The notes below the pieces were generated by a model. It ran no database searches. It was not told where the DNA came from and was given only the letters and a program-made list of their open reading frames with translations. Source: Nitrospirota bacterium (GTDB lineage Bacteria > Nitrospirota > UBA9217). Taken from it: 64,000 nucleotides of DNA. A program made the translations under genes and the position numbers. The stretch covers positions 10,433 to 74,432 of the forward strand of contig JALNZF010000013.1 in NCBI GenBank assembly GCA_023229435.1. The letters run 5' to 3'. Below are positions 28,853-38,815 of the stretch, piece by piece; the first letter of the stretch is position 1, and each line of letters begins with the position of its first letter.

Positions 28853-29887
28853 TCACCTTGCCCCTGGACCCTGCCCCCTGAAGCCTTCAATCCTCACCCT
28901 GTCCCCCACTCTGATCCCGGAGCCTGCCGAGGTCTCGATCACCCAGGCAGCCTGCTCGCCGGAGGTATATGTGTCCCGGCTCCCCGGCCTGCAGTCAGGA
29001 TAGACCCGGACGACCTTTTTATCAGGGCTGACAAATGCGATATCGATCGGATATGCAACGCTTCCCATCCAGAAGATGAGGACCTCGGGCTTCTCGAACA
29101 CAAAGAGCGCGGCCTCGTCGGTTCTCAATTGGCGAAAACCCTGCAGCCCCCGGGTCCGGGCCTCCTCAGTATCGCAGATCAGCACGATGTTGAAGGTACG
29201 GGGACCGGACCGGTGGTCAGCCGGCGTGATCGTCACTGACGACTGCTGCTTCGGTTTCTCCGCCGCGATGGCTTCAGCGCTGCCTGCCAGCCTTACTTCC
29301 ACCGCGAGCACAGCGATGCCGATCGCGATCGTCACGGCCGTGATCAGCGCGCCTACACGGAAATACTCCACAAACCCGATCTCCACCCGTTTTCTCGCCT
29401 GCTTCACCACGATCAGATTGGCAACGGAACCGATGAGCGTCAGGTTGCCCGCCAGGGTACTGCTCATGGCAAGCGCGAGCAGATATGGCATGGGGTTTAC
29501 TCCCAGCTGGATGGTTACCTCGAGAATGATCGGCGTATAGAGCAGACAGATCGTGTCGTTCACGAACAGAGCGGACAGCAAGCCGGACGACAGCACCACC
29601 AGGATGAGCAGCTGGAGCGGCGACTTTGCAGAAGAGAGCATCTTGTCCGCCATGAGCTCGAAGAATCCCGCAGTGCGGAGATAGACCGTGATGATCATCA
29701 TCCCGAGCAGCAGGAGCGTGTGCATGTCGATGGCGCTGAACGCCTGATCGAGGGTAAGCACCCCGAAGATAACCATCAGCACCGCGCCCACAAGCGCGCC
29801 GGCGGGCCGATCGATATGCAGACGCGGGATCTGGCGCAGGCCGATGAACAGGTAGGTGATGATGAAGATGATGAGTGCGGTGATCAT
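28853..29887 (-). CDS. Membrane protein: N-terminal ArsB/NhaD-type permease half fused to C-terminal DUF192-like domain
   Basis: About six TM helices are followed by a DUF192-like block (FEKPEVLIFWMGSVAYPIDIAFV). Confidence 0.55.
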   Translation of the reverse strand: MITALIIFIITYLFIGLRQIPRLHIDRPAGALVGAVLMVIFGVLTLDQAFSAIDMHTLLLLGMMIITVYLRTAGFFELMADKMLSSAKSPLQLLILVVLSSGLLSALFVNDTICLLYTPIILEVTIQLGVNPMPYLLALAMSSTLAGNLTLIGSVANLIVVKQARKRVEIGFVEYFRVGALITAVTIAIGIAVLAVEVRLAGSAEAIAAEKPKQQSSVTITPADHRSGPRTFNIVLICDTEEARTRGLQGFRQLRTDEAALFVFEKPEVLIFWMGSVAYPIDIAFVSPDKKVVRVYPDCRPGSRDTYTSGEQAAWVIETSAGSGIRVGDRVRIEGFRGQGPGAR

Positions 29888-29936
29888 GGGTGCCGATTCA
29901 TCTTCCCGTGCGGGATGAGGCCGTGTGGTAACAAAG

Positions 29937-30114
29937 GAATCAAGTTCTTCTCAAAACAGCAAGAATTTTTCTCGCAGTAGCCTATGAAAGAAAAGCGGCC
30001 ACTTAGGACATCCGCAGAGCTCGCAGAGAAAAGCTAAATAAATATTGGTTAAAACTAAGGCTTAAAGGAGTTGATTAACCTCTGCGTGCTCCGCGTGCTC
30101 TGCGAGAGACGCCC
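29937..30114. repeat. ~180-bp palindromic repeat element, copy 2 (inverted relative to copy 1)
   Basis: The reverse complement matches 25445..25622, including the identical 49-mer ctctgcggatgtcctaagtggccgcttttctttcataggctactgcgag. Confidence 0.8.
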
Positions 30115-30115
30115 T

Positions 30116-30820
30116 TCAGGTTTTTACCGCCCGGGTGATCGTCGCGATCCCCATCGTGAGTGAATCGACCTTGATATCGGTGAATCCGCACGTGGCGATG
30201 AGCTGTTTGAACGCGTCGGGCGAGTAGAACGCATTAATGGACCGGGGAAGATATAAATAAGGCTTGGCCTTTTTCGTGACCAGCATCGCGATAAAAGGCA
30301 TGACCTTGAATACATACCATTCATAGGGTACGCGGAACCAGGAGACGTGGGGTCTCGTGAGTTCGAGGCAGATGAATTTTCCGCCGGGTTTCAGCACCCG
30401 GTTGATCTCCGTCAGGGCCACTGAGGTGTCGGGTATATTCCGTATGCCGTACGCCACAGTGACCGCATCGAATGTATTGTCCGGGAAGGAGATGCTCTTC
30501 GTGTCCGAGAAAATGAATGAGACATTCTGGTAACGGTTGCCCTTTCTGATCTCCGCGAGCTCGAGCATCTCCTTGCAGTAGTCCGTCCCCATGACCGAGC
30601 CCCCGGGGCCGACTCGCCGGGAAAGCAGAAAAGCCAGCTTGCCGGTGCCGGTACAGACATCGAGCACCTGATCGCCTTTATGGATACCCGATCGTGACAC
30701 CGCCTGTGTGCGCCAGATATGATCGAACCCGAAACTGAAACCGCTGGTGAGAAGATCAAGATGGGGTGCGACGGTGGAAAAGATATTTTTTATATAAAGG
30801 TCTTTCCGTTTGAACGACAT
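30116..30820 (-). CDS. ubiE: Ubiquinone/menaquinone C-methyltransferase UbiE/MenG family
   Basis: The SAM-binding motif VLDVCTGTG is present. The start is at MSFKRKDLY. Confidence 0.8.
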   Translation of the reverse strand: MSFKRKDLYIKNIFSTVAPHLDLLTSGFSFGFDHIWRTQAVSRSGIHKGDQVLDVCTGTGKLAFLLSRRVGPGGSVMGTDYCKEMLELAEIRKGNRYQNVSFIFSDTKSISFPDNTFDAVTVAYGIRNIPDTSVALTEINRVLKPGGKFICLELTRPHVSWFRVPYEWYVFKVMPFIAMLVTKKAKPYLYLPRSINAFYSPDAFKQLIATCGFTDIKVDSLTMGIATITRAVKT

Positions 30821-31064
30821 ATCAGCAGAGTAACTCCCTTGTGCGATGAAAATAAGCCGCAGAGATCCGATCGCACTGCTTGCGGATTCAAAGTGCATGC
30901 CCGAATCTCAGCGGACACTATACCATACGGTTTCCCATATTTCAACAGGCCGGTGCTCACCGGTGTTGATGGAAAGCAACGGCCGCCACATTCACCTTCT
31001 GCGTCGGCAATCATCATTCTCTAAAACACAATTCACGGAATATATCGTAGTTCATATGACATCA

Positions 31065-31098
31065 GGTGAAATAACCATGTGAAAGTGGTTATTTCACC
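31065..31098. promoter_or_regulatory. Perfect 13-bp inverted repeat GGTGAAATAACCA-N8-TGGTTATTTCACC in divergent promoter region
   Basis: Seen in the sequence. It lies in an AT-rich (~30% GC) island between ubiE and the small cytochrome-like gene. Confidence 0.5.
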
Positions 31099-31331
31099 AA
31101 TTTTACAGAAATATATTTATCATTTTTCAAATAACTCTTTGTAATATATAAGATCTAAAACTAATAAACCATTGGCATGATCATTGCTTTTTATTAATTA
31201 AATGAGATGTTGTTTTATTACGCCTGCGAAAGGAGGTGGCAACTCTTATAAGGCATCTGTGCCGGAGAATGCTTCTTCTTGTTGTAAATCGGTCCTAACT
31301 TCACAAAACAAACAGGTAAAAGGAGAAAAAA

Positions 31332-31664
31332 ATGAACCCTATTATTCTAGTTTCCATTCTCACCTTGACATTCACTCTGGGCACAAACACTGCAATGACC
31401 GAGGTGTTCGCAGGCACCGGCAACCCGGAACAATGTAATGACGGTATCGATAACAATCTGGATTCTCTTATCGACTGCGCTGATCCTGATTGCGCAAACG
31501 ATTCATCATGTAAAGTAGCATTAAACATAAAACACAGCGGCAGCGGCCGGTCCAGCGGCGCATCTTCCTGTATGAAGTGTCACGACCGTCAAAAGGGAAC
31601 TGATGCGCAAAATTCAGGTCATCTTCGCGGCACTACCGGCGGTGCACCCTGTGTCAGCTGGTAA
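31332..31664 (+). CDS. Small secreted protein with MopE-like Cys-rich metal-binding motif and a CxxCH heme-binding motif
   Basis: SD AAAAGGAG and a signal peptide are present. The MopE-like block reads CNDGIDNNLDSLIDCADPDCANDSSC and the heme motif is SCMKCHD. Confidence 0.55.
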   Translation: MNPIILVSILTLTFTLGTNTAMTEVFAGTGNPEQCNDGIDNNLDSLIDCADPDCANDSSCKVALNIKHSGSGRSSGASSCMKCHDRQKGTDAQNSGHLRGTTGGAPCVSW

Positions 31665-31896
31665 GAGAGTGCGCCGTGAAAAGCCCTGGTACCTGGATTG
31701 GCTTGAAGACACATTACGGCCACAATTATCAGATGATCTCTGAGGCCATCCACAAGTTCAGATCCATTGACCACAGTAGGTCCCTTCAGGTCTGTTCAGA
31801 TCGGTTTTTCTCCCGATGAGGTGAAAACACGATAACCATTCCGCTCTGGCGAGGAATTACCGGGGTGGAGAAAATCGATGACAGGAAACGCAGGCA

Positions 31897-33267
31897 TTAC
31901 CCTACTATATTAAACTCCCGCACACGGTACTTTGCCCCGAGTTCTTCGGCGATCTTTCGGCAGGCTTCGATGTCCACACCGGGCGCGGAGACCACGGTGG
32001 CTGTCACGTCGGGGATATATTTCTTCGCCTCGCGGATAAATTCCTTGACCGCCTCGTAGGTCGGAGCACCGAACTGGGACTGTGAAATTTTCTCATAGAC
32101 CTCCGCGTTCTGGGCATTCAGGCTAACGCTCACGGCGTCCACCAGCCCGGCCAGCTCAGGCAGCACGTTCCGTTTGTGAATAAGGTTCGCGTGGCCGTTC
32201 GTGTCGATGCGCACCTTGCCGCCGCGCTGCTTCACCTCTGCGGCCACGGCCTTGACCACATCGAGCCGGATCAGCGGCTCTCCGTATCCGCAAAACACGA
32301 CCTCGTCATATCGCTTCGGATCCCCGATCTCCTTGATGAGTTCATCCGCCGATGGCTCTTTGCGCAATCGGAGATTGTGCCCCTTCACAAAATCGGTGTG
32401 ATACCGCACGCAGAACGTGCAAGCCGCGGTGCAGCGGTTCGTGACGTTGAGATAGAGCGCGTTCCGTATGGGATAGGTGATCCGGCCGCGATCGGGCATC
32501 GTGCCGATTCCGAAGAGCTGCATGGCATTGAAGCTTGTGATCCTGGCAACGTCATCGAGGGTGAGCCCCTTGATTGTTGCGACGGCCTCTGCCGTGTGGC
32601 GCACGAAAGCGGGCTCGTTTCTTTTGCCGCGCATCGGTACGGGAGAAAGATAGGGAGCGTCCGTCTCTACCAGCAGGTGCTCGATCGGGATTTGGCGCAC
32701 GACCTCACGCAGGGCCTCCGCCTTGGGGAACGTGATTGGCCCGGCAATGGAAAGGAGGAATCCCCTCTCGATCAATGTTCTTGCCATCTCCACATCACCG
32801 GAAAAGCAGTGCATGACACCGCCGAGCCCGGGCGGCCATTCTTCGGTCAGGATCTGGAGCATATCCTCGTGGGCGTCGCGGTCATGAACGATGATGGGAA
32901 GCTTAAGCTCGCGCGCTTCGCGCAGCATGTCTCGAAATTTTCTTTTCTGGTCCGTGCGGGGAGAATGCTCGTAATGATAGTCGAGCCCGATCTCGCCGTA
33001 GGCCACGACCTTCTGGTGCTGCGCAAAGTGTCTGATGATCTCGTAGGCGGGATGAAGGATGTCCTTCACCTCATGGGGGTGGATGCCGATGGCGGCGTAG
33101 ATGGATTCGTATTTGTCGGCAAGCAGGACCGCGTCACGGCAGGACTCGACCGTCGTGCCGATGGTCACAATATATTCTACGCCCGCTTCGCGCGCCCGTT
33201 TGATCACGTCTTCGCGGTCGTCATTGAACTCGCGCATCTCAAGATGCGCGTGGGTGTCTATCAGCAT
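31897..33267 (-). CDS. TatD-family hydrolase fused to TatD-associated radical SAM domain
   Basis: The N-terminus reads MLIDTHAHLE (TatD). The C-terminus carries CTAACTFC (CX3CX2C). Confidence 0.8.
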   Translation of the reverse strand: MLIDTHAHLEMREFNDDREDVIKRAREAGVEYIVTIGTTVESCRDAVLLADKYESIYAAIGIHPHEVKDILHPAYEIIRHFAQHQKVVAYGEIGLDYHYEHSPRTDQKRKFRDMLREARELKLPIIVHDRDAHEDMLQILTEEWPPGLGGVMHCFSGDVEMARTLIERGFLLSIAGPITFPKAEALREVVRQIPIEHLLVETDAPYLSPVPMRGKRNEPAFVRHTAEAVATIKGLTLDDVARITSFNAMQLFGIGTMPDRGRITYPIRNALYLNVTNRCTAACTFCVRYHTDFVKGHNLRLRKEPSADELIKEIGDPKRYDEVVFCGYGEPLIRLDVVKAVAAEVKQRGGKVRIDTNGHANLIHKRNVLPELAGLVDAVSVSLNAQNAEVYEKISQSQFGAPTYEAVKEFIREAKKYIPDVTATVVSAPGVDIEACRKIAEELGAKYRVREFNIVG

Positions 33268-33612
33268 GCTCTCAACCTTTTCTCAAAATAATGTCGTGCG
33301 GGGTTGGGGTAAATCTTTTAGATTCTGACTTGCCCAAGCGCCGGGTAGCTCTGAGTGAAAGACGCGCATGGCAATGCTGCACAGCTCGTACTTACGAGAA
33401 CAAGGCAAGGCAGACACGGCCGAGCCCTTTTTTAAAGGGCGAGGGTGGAGTGCTGCGAGACCTGCATACCAAGGCGGAGATACTGTATATATCCGGCATG
33501 CTGCGCGGCCGAACGATGAGCTGCCCAAAAAAATCGATGCCCAAGTGGGACAAGTGCCAATTGAGACAACTTTCAAAAGAGAACGTTAATTTCGAGAGTT
33601 GAATTTTTTATT

Positions 33613-35577
33613 TTATTTTACCCTGCTCCCCGGCTTCATCTCCCGGTCGAAGGTGGCCACGGCAAGCAGGTCCCCGTTGCTCGCGGCGAGCAGCATGCCC
33701 TGGGACTCGATGCCCATGAGCTTGGCAGGCTTCAGGTTCGCCACGATCACGATGGACTTGCCCATGAGCTCCTCGGGAGCATAACTCTTCCCGATGCCGG
33801 CAACCACCTGTCGGGTCTCGGTGCCTATGTCCACGTTGAGTTTTATCAGTTTCGCTGATTTTTCCACCCGCTCGGCGGCAATGATCTTGCCGACCCTGAG
33901 GTCGACCTTCATGAAATCCTCTATGCCGATGGGCTCCGGACCGGCTGCAACAACTGGTGCGGGAGCTGGTTTCTGAATCGCTTCTGTATTTTCCATCTTC
34001 GTCTCCGTGTTCTTGTTCCGATCGATCCTGGGGAATAATTGCGCGCCGGGCTGAATGGCAGTACCGGGCGCCAGCTTTCCCCATTGCTGTTCTTCGTTCA
34101 ACCTGCATGAATCGATTAGCTTCCCCAGGCCGAGAGCGTTCCATATCTTCTGCGACGTAGACGGCATCACCGGGTAGAGGTACAGCCCGATCAGCCTGAG
34201 CGACTCCGAAAGATTATAGAGCACGCTTCCGAGACGCTCCAGGTCCTTGTTCCTTGCGAGCGTCCAGGGCGCGTTTTCTTCCACGTAGCGGTTCGCGCGC
34301 GTCACGAGCGACCACGCCTCGTGAAGATATTTGGTGAACGCGAGCGTTGACAGATTTTCATCGATCCTGGACAGGATCGGCGCGGCGGTCTCGCGCAGTT
34401 CCCGGTCGAACGGCTGTTCGATCCCTGCACCGGGTATCTTTCCGTCAAAGTACTTCCCGATCATCGTCAGTACCCGCGAGAGCAGGTTCCCCAGGTCGTT
34501 CGCCAACTCGGTGTTGAAGCGCGTGACAAAGGTGTCCTTCGAAAAGTCGCCGTCCAGGCCGAAGGGAACTTCCCGCAGCACAAAATAGCGGAACGCGTCG
34601 GCGCCGTAGGCATCGACGACCTCATGCGGGTCGATCACATTCCCGAGCGACTTCGACATCTTTTTGCCGTCCTGCGTCCACCATCCGTGGGCAAAGATGT
34701 TCTCCGGAAGCGGCAGTCCCAGTCCCATCAGCATCGTGGACCAGTACACACTGTGGGTCGTGAGAATGTCCTTGCCGACGAGGTGGTGGTCCGCGGGCCA
34801 CCAGAAGTTTTCCTTCGCGGCCGGGTCCATCGAACCCTGTGCCGGAGGACTCAGATACCGCGTGGCTGAAAGGTAATTCACGAGGGCGTCGAACCAGACA
34901 TAGGTGACAAAATCATGATCGAACGGCAGTTCGATCCCCCAGGCAAGCCGCGCCTTGGGCCGCGAGATGCAGAGATCGCCCAGGGTCTGCGACTTCAGGA
35001 ACCCGAGCACTTCGTTGCGCCGGGAGTCGGGCCGGATATAGTGCGGATTCTGTTCAATATGCGCGATCAGGCGTTCCTGATATTTGCTCATCAGGAAAAA
35101 ATAGTTGCTTTCCGAGATACGCTCCACCGGCCTGCCGCAATCCGGACATTTGCCTTCCACGATCTCCTTCTCGGTCCAGAATCGCTCGTCAGGCGTGCAG
35201 TACCATCCTTCATAGGTCCGTTGCGCTACCTCGCCCTTGTCAAAGAGCTTCTGGAGCAATTCCTGCACCACGGCGACATGTTCCTTGTCGGTCGTGCGGA
35301 TGAAGGCGTCGTTGGTGATCTCAAGCTTTGTCCAGAGCTGCTGGAAGTTCACGGTCATGCTGTCCGCGTGCGCCTTTGGAGTAAGCCCGCGCTCCTGCGC
35401 GGCCTTGGCCACCTTCTGGCCATGCTCGTCCGTGCCCGTGAGAAAGAACACCGCGTCTCCCTTGAGCCGATGGTAGCGCGCAAGCACGTCCGCCGCGATC
35501 GTCGTGTAGGCGTGCCCGATATGCGGCACGTCGTTCACGTAATAGATGGGAGTGGTGATGTAGAATTTTTTCGACAT
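33613..35577 (-). CDS. metG: Methionyl-tRNA synthetase
   Basis: The HIGH motif (PHIGHAYTT), the KMSKS motif and a C-terminal tRNA-binding domain are present. Confidence 0.9.
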   Translation of the reverse strand: MSKKFYITTPIYYVNDVPHIGHAYTTIAADVLARYHRLKGDAVFFLTGTDEHGQKVAKAAQERGLTPKAHADSMTVNFQQLWTKLEITNDAFIRTTDKEHVAVVQELLQKLFDKGEVAQRTYEGWYCTPDERFWTEKEIVEGKCPDCGRPVERISESNYFFLMSKYQERLIAHIEQNPHYIRPDSRRNEVLGFLKSQTLGDLCISRPKARLAWGIELPFDHDFVTYVWFDALVNYLSATRYLSPPAQGSMDPAAKENFWWPADHHLVGKDILTTHSVYWSTMLMGLGLPLPENIFAHGWWTQDGKKMSKSLGNVIDPHEVVDAYGADAFRYFVLREVPFGLDGDFSKDTFVTRFNTELANDLGNLLSRVLTMIGKYFDGKIPGAGIEQPFDRELRETAAPILSRIDENLSTLAFTKYLHEAWSLVTRANRYVEENAPWTLARNKDLERLGSVLYNLSESLRLIGLYLYPVMPSTSQKIWNALGLGKLIDSCRLNEEQQWGKLAPGTAIQPGAQLFPRIDRNKNTETKMENTEAIQKPAPAPVVAAGPEPIGIEDFMKVDLRVGKIIAAERVEKSAKLIKLNVDIGTETRQVVAGIGKSYAPEELMGKSIVIVANLKPAKLMGIESQGMLLAASNGDLLAVATFDREMKPGSRVK

Positions 35578-35589
35578 GGCTTCGCTGTG

Positions 35590-35712
35590 CGTTAAAGTGA
35601 CTAAAGTACATTAAAGTGTCTAAAGTACGTTAAAGTGAATGAAGTGATCCTTCCAACTTTAGGCATTTTAGTCACTTTATGAATTTTAGGCACTTTTCTT
35701 CCCTCTCTACTT
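35590..35712. repeat. Second copy of the TAAAGTG/CACTTTA composite inverted-arm repeat
   Basis: It shares taaagtgactaaagt, cactttatgaattttaggcactttt and tccctctctactt with 22680..22820. Confidence 0.8.
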
Positions 35713-35713
35713 T

Positions 35714-36940
35714 CTACGCCGTCCCCTGCGGCGGTTTGTTCTCGCCCTGCTGCCCTTTCTTTTTTTTGCGCCAGAACTTGCGTCTTTTCTTCCGCGCGGA
35801 CGCGGTTCCTTCCTGCTGCTGCGGCTGGGCGTTCTGGTCCTGTTGCTGCAAAGGATGCTCTTCCGGCTTTGGCTGCTGACTTTCCCTTGATAGCTCCGGC
35901 TTCGGCTGCTGACCTTCCCTGGACAGATCCGGCTTCGGCTGCTGCGCCTTCTTTTCCTGCCGCTGGTCCTTCTTTCTTTCAGGCCTGCCGTAGACCTTCT
36001 GGCCGCCTTCCCGCTGTTTGTCGCGCCGCTGATCCTGCTGCTTGCGGTCCTCCTGGTGTCTTTTCTCCTCTACAGCCCGGCTCTCGTCGGCTTCCTGTCG
36101 TTCCTCGGTGATCCGCAGTTCCTCTCCGAGCCTCTTTTCCGTGGCCGCGGCCTCGCGCATGCCTGCGAGGTCCTTCTTGTTCTCATCGTACATCCCAAAC
36201 TCATAGGAGAGACAACAGAGCAGCCTGCCGCAGACCCCGGAGATTTTTGCCGGATTCAATATCATTTCCTGTTTCTTGGCCATCCGGATCGAGACCGGCT
36301 CGAAGTTCTTCAGGAACGCCGAACAACAAAGCTCCCTGCCGCAGGGGCCGAACCCGCCGATCATGCGCGCAACGTCCCGGACGCCGATCTGGCGCATCTC
36401 GATCCTGCTCTTGAGCTTATGCGCCAGGTCCTTTACCAACTCGCGGAAGTCAACCCTGGTCTCGGAGAAAAAGAAAAAGGTGGCACGCGCGGCATCAAAG
36501 GAATATTCCGCGCGGATAAGCCTCATCGGCAATTCCCGCTCGGTGATCATGATCTGTGCAACGCTGAACGCCTCGGCTTCGCGCGCGCGGTTCTTCTTTT
36601 CCCGGACAAGGTCCTCTTCCGTTGCCTTGCGAAGTACCTTTCGCAACCCTCGTGACGGCTTGACCGCGGGCGGAGAAGACGCGGCTTCGGCCGGAGTGAT
36701 TATCTCCTCGCCATCGATCCGCAGTTCTTCTTCCTGCCAGACCCGGGGGGACGATTCTACGGCGGGCGGATCCTGTGTCCTCCTGAGACGGACCACATGA
36801 GCAATATCCAGTCCACGGTCGGAGTCGATGATCACCTTGTCGCCCACGGCAACATCAATAATGTCCGTTGCGTCGAAATCGTACACTTTCCAATTATCAT
36901 GAAAACGTACTCCGGCTATCCTTATCATAGTGTCTGTCAT
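35714..36940 (-). CDS. PSP1 C-terminal domain protein (RicT/YaaT-like) with low-complexity Q/K/E/P-rich tail
   Basis: A PSP1 domain is present. Its position between holB and metG matches the B. subtilis yaaT context. Confidence 0.8.
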   Translation of the reverse strand: MTDTMIRIAGVRFHDNWKVYDFDATDIIDVAVGDKVIIDSDRGLDIAHVVRLRRTQDPPAVESSPRVWQEEELRIDGEEIITPAEAASSPPAVKPSRGLRKVLRKATEEDLVREKKNRAREAEAFSVAQIMITERELPMRLIRAEYSFDAARATFFFFSETRVDFRELVKDLAHKLKSRIEMRQIGVRDVARMIGGFGPCGRELCCSAFLKNFEPVSIRMAKKQEMILNPAKISGVCGRLLCCLSYEFGMYDENKKDLAGMREAAATEKRLGEELRITEERQEADESRAVEEKRHQEDRKQQDQRRDKQREGGQKVYGRPERKKDQRQEKKAQQPKPDLSREGQQPKPELSRESQQPKPEEHPLQQQDQNAQPQQQEGTASARKKRRKFWRKKKKGQQGENKPPQGTA

Positions 36941-37004
36941 CGGTTTTCTCTATTCCACCTTTTATCTTCTGACTTCTTACTCCTTACTCCTGACTTTTTC
37001 TCCA

Positions 37005-37985
37005 TCACCCTCTCCCGAACTTCAGGAACAGGTTCTCCGCCACGAGCTGGGCGCTCACCCGCCGGTCCAGCAACTCCCGGCTGGCCGTGAAGAGTTCCAT
37101 GTCCGCAAGGAGCCTGGGAAGCGAATGCCCGTCGGCTAATTGACGGTACTGGTGCTGTGCCGGTGCATGGACAAGCAGGCGCTCTTCCCCGGTCTCACGG
37201 TATACCAGTGCGTCACGGAGCCATTCGATGCCGATCTCGATCAGCCGCTCGAACCGTTCGCGGTCCTTCGCGATCGTCTCCGCCAACGCAAGCGCCTCGC
37301 CGGGACCCATCTGTGCCAGCCCGGACCAGAGCGTCGCAACCTCATCCCGGGCGGACTTTTCCTGTTCAATGTCCATTTCGAGTCCGCGGCCCATGCTTCC
37401 CTGCGCAAGCCCCGCGATAAACCACGCGTCTTCCTCGGAAAGTCCGCGCGTATGCACGAGTTCCCGTGCAAGTATATTGCGCGGAAGCGGATGGAACGTG
37501 ATCTCCTGACACCGCGAACGGATGGTGGGAAGGAGACTCTGCGGCATCGCGGTTATCAGAATGATGAGAGCGTCGCCGGGCGGCTCCTCAAGTGTCTTCA
37601 GAAACGCGTTCGACGCTGCGGCGTTCATGCTTTCGGTATTGTCAACGATCAGGACCTTCTTTGTCCCCTCGAACGGCTTAAGCGCGAAGTCGGCCTGCAC
37701 CTGTCTGATCTGGTCGATCTTGATCTCATCACCGTCCGGAACCAGAAGATGCACATCCGGATGGCAAAGCTTTTCAACCTTGCGGCATGAAGGGCATTCG
37801 CCGCACCCGCCCTCCGGCCGCGCATGCAGGCAGTTCACCGCGGCGGCAAGAGCAAGGGCCGTCCTCTTTTTGCCGATGCCCTCCTGACCTGAGAACAAAT
37901 AGGCATGGGCAAGGGCGTTGTTCGCGATCGCCCGTTGCAAGGTTCGAATGGATCTTTCGTGCCCTTCTATCGTCGAAAACGTCAT
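37005..37985 (-). CDS. holB: DNA polymerase III delta-prime subunit
   Basis: It has an AAA+ clamp-loader fold and a zinc module CHARPEGGCGECPSC. Confidence 0.85.
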   Translation of the reverse strand: MTFSTIEGHERSIRTLQRAIANNALAHAYLFSGQEGIGKKRTALALAAAVNCLHARPEGGCGECPSCRKVEKLCHPDVHLLVPDGDEIKIDQIRQVQADFALKPFEGTKKVLIVDNTESMNAAASNAFLKTLEEPPGDALIILITAMPQSLLPTIRSRCQEITFHPLPRNILARELVHTRGLSEEDAWFIAGLAQGSMGRGLEMDIEQEKSARDEVATLWSGLAQMGPGEALALAETIAKDRERFERLIEIGIEWLRDALVYRETGEERLLVHAPAQHQYRQLADGHSLPRLLADMELFTASRELLDRRVSAQLVAENLFLKFGRG

Positions 37986-38036
37986 CCGTTCAGGATTCCT
38001 TCACAGAAAAATATTCGTAACAGCTCAGGTCAATAT

Positions 38037-38119
38037 ATTGTCCGCAGATTACGCAGATTTCACAGATTAACATAAACCTGAATTTTGCTTTTAAAATCTG
38101 CGTCCATCTGCGAAATCTG
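38037..38119. repeat. Palindromic element with tandem CGCAGAT units in inverted arms
   Basis: The left arm tccgcagattacgcagatttcacagatt pairs with the right arm aatctgcgtccatctgcgaaatctgcgga. The architecture matches the other repeat families. Confidence 0.7.
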
Positions 38120-38170
38120 CGGATAGAAAGGTTTTTCTCTGATGTAACGCTCTTCTGGGTTCAGATTTTA

Positions 38171-38815
38171 TTATCCGATCCGCAGCTTCTCGTCTACGAT
38201 CTTCCTGACCTTTTCCTGGATCGCCTCGGCTGACGACGACGCGTCCACGACCCGGATGCGATGCGGTTCCTGCGAAACCAGTGTCAGGTATCCCTGCCTC
38301 ACCCGCTCGTGAAAAGCAAGCTCCTCGTTCTCGAACCGCGCCTCTGCTTCAAGTCCGCGGCTGTTGTTCCTCCCCCGCGCACGCGCGATACCCGAGGCGG
38401 CATCGATGTCAAAAAGGAGGGTAAGCTCGGGACGCATCCCCGCGGTCACGATCCGGTCGAGCGAGCGGATCATCTCAATATCCAGCCCTCTCCCGTACCC
38501 CTGATAAGCAAGCGTGGCGTCCGAGAACCGATCGCAGAGAACGATCGTGCCGTCCGCAAGCGCGGGCATGATGATCTCGCGCAGATGCTGGGCCCTGCCG
38601 GCGGCATACAGGAGAAGTTCCGCTGCGGGATCGAGCGAGCGGTTCGCCGGGTCAAGCAGGATCTTCCTGACCTGGTCGCCGATCGACGTCCCGCCCGGTT
38701 CCCGGGTGAGCACATGCAATACCCCTCTGGCGGTAAGATAGTGCGCGAGCAGCGCGATCTGAGTGGACTTGCCGGAACCTTCGATTCCCTCGAAGGTGAT
38801 GAACGTTCCCTTCAT
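38171..38815 (-). CDS. tmk: Thymidylate kinase
   Basis: The P-loop reads FEGIEGSGKST. Confidence 0.9.
   Translation of the reverse strand: MKGTFITFEGIEGSGKSTQIALLAHYLTARGVLHVLTREPGGTSIGDQVRKILLDPANRSLDPAAELLLYAAGRAQHLREIIMPALADGTIVLCDRFSDATLAYQGYGRGLDIEMIRSLDRIVTAGMRPELTLLFDIDAASGIARARGRNNSRGLEAEARFENEELAFHERVRQGYLTLVSQEPHRIRVVDASSSAEAIQEKVRKIVDEKLRIG

Noticed and set aside
32176-33291. 371-aa plus-strand ORF
   Set aside because: It is antisense to the TatD-radical SAM fusion gene.
33268-33612. RNase P / SRP / tmRNA identity for the metG-tatD spacer
   Set aside because: Conserved landmarks (GGAAAGUCCGG, GGAAGCAGCCAAGGCAGA, 3' GGUUCGAUUCC...CCA) are absent on both strands by eye.
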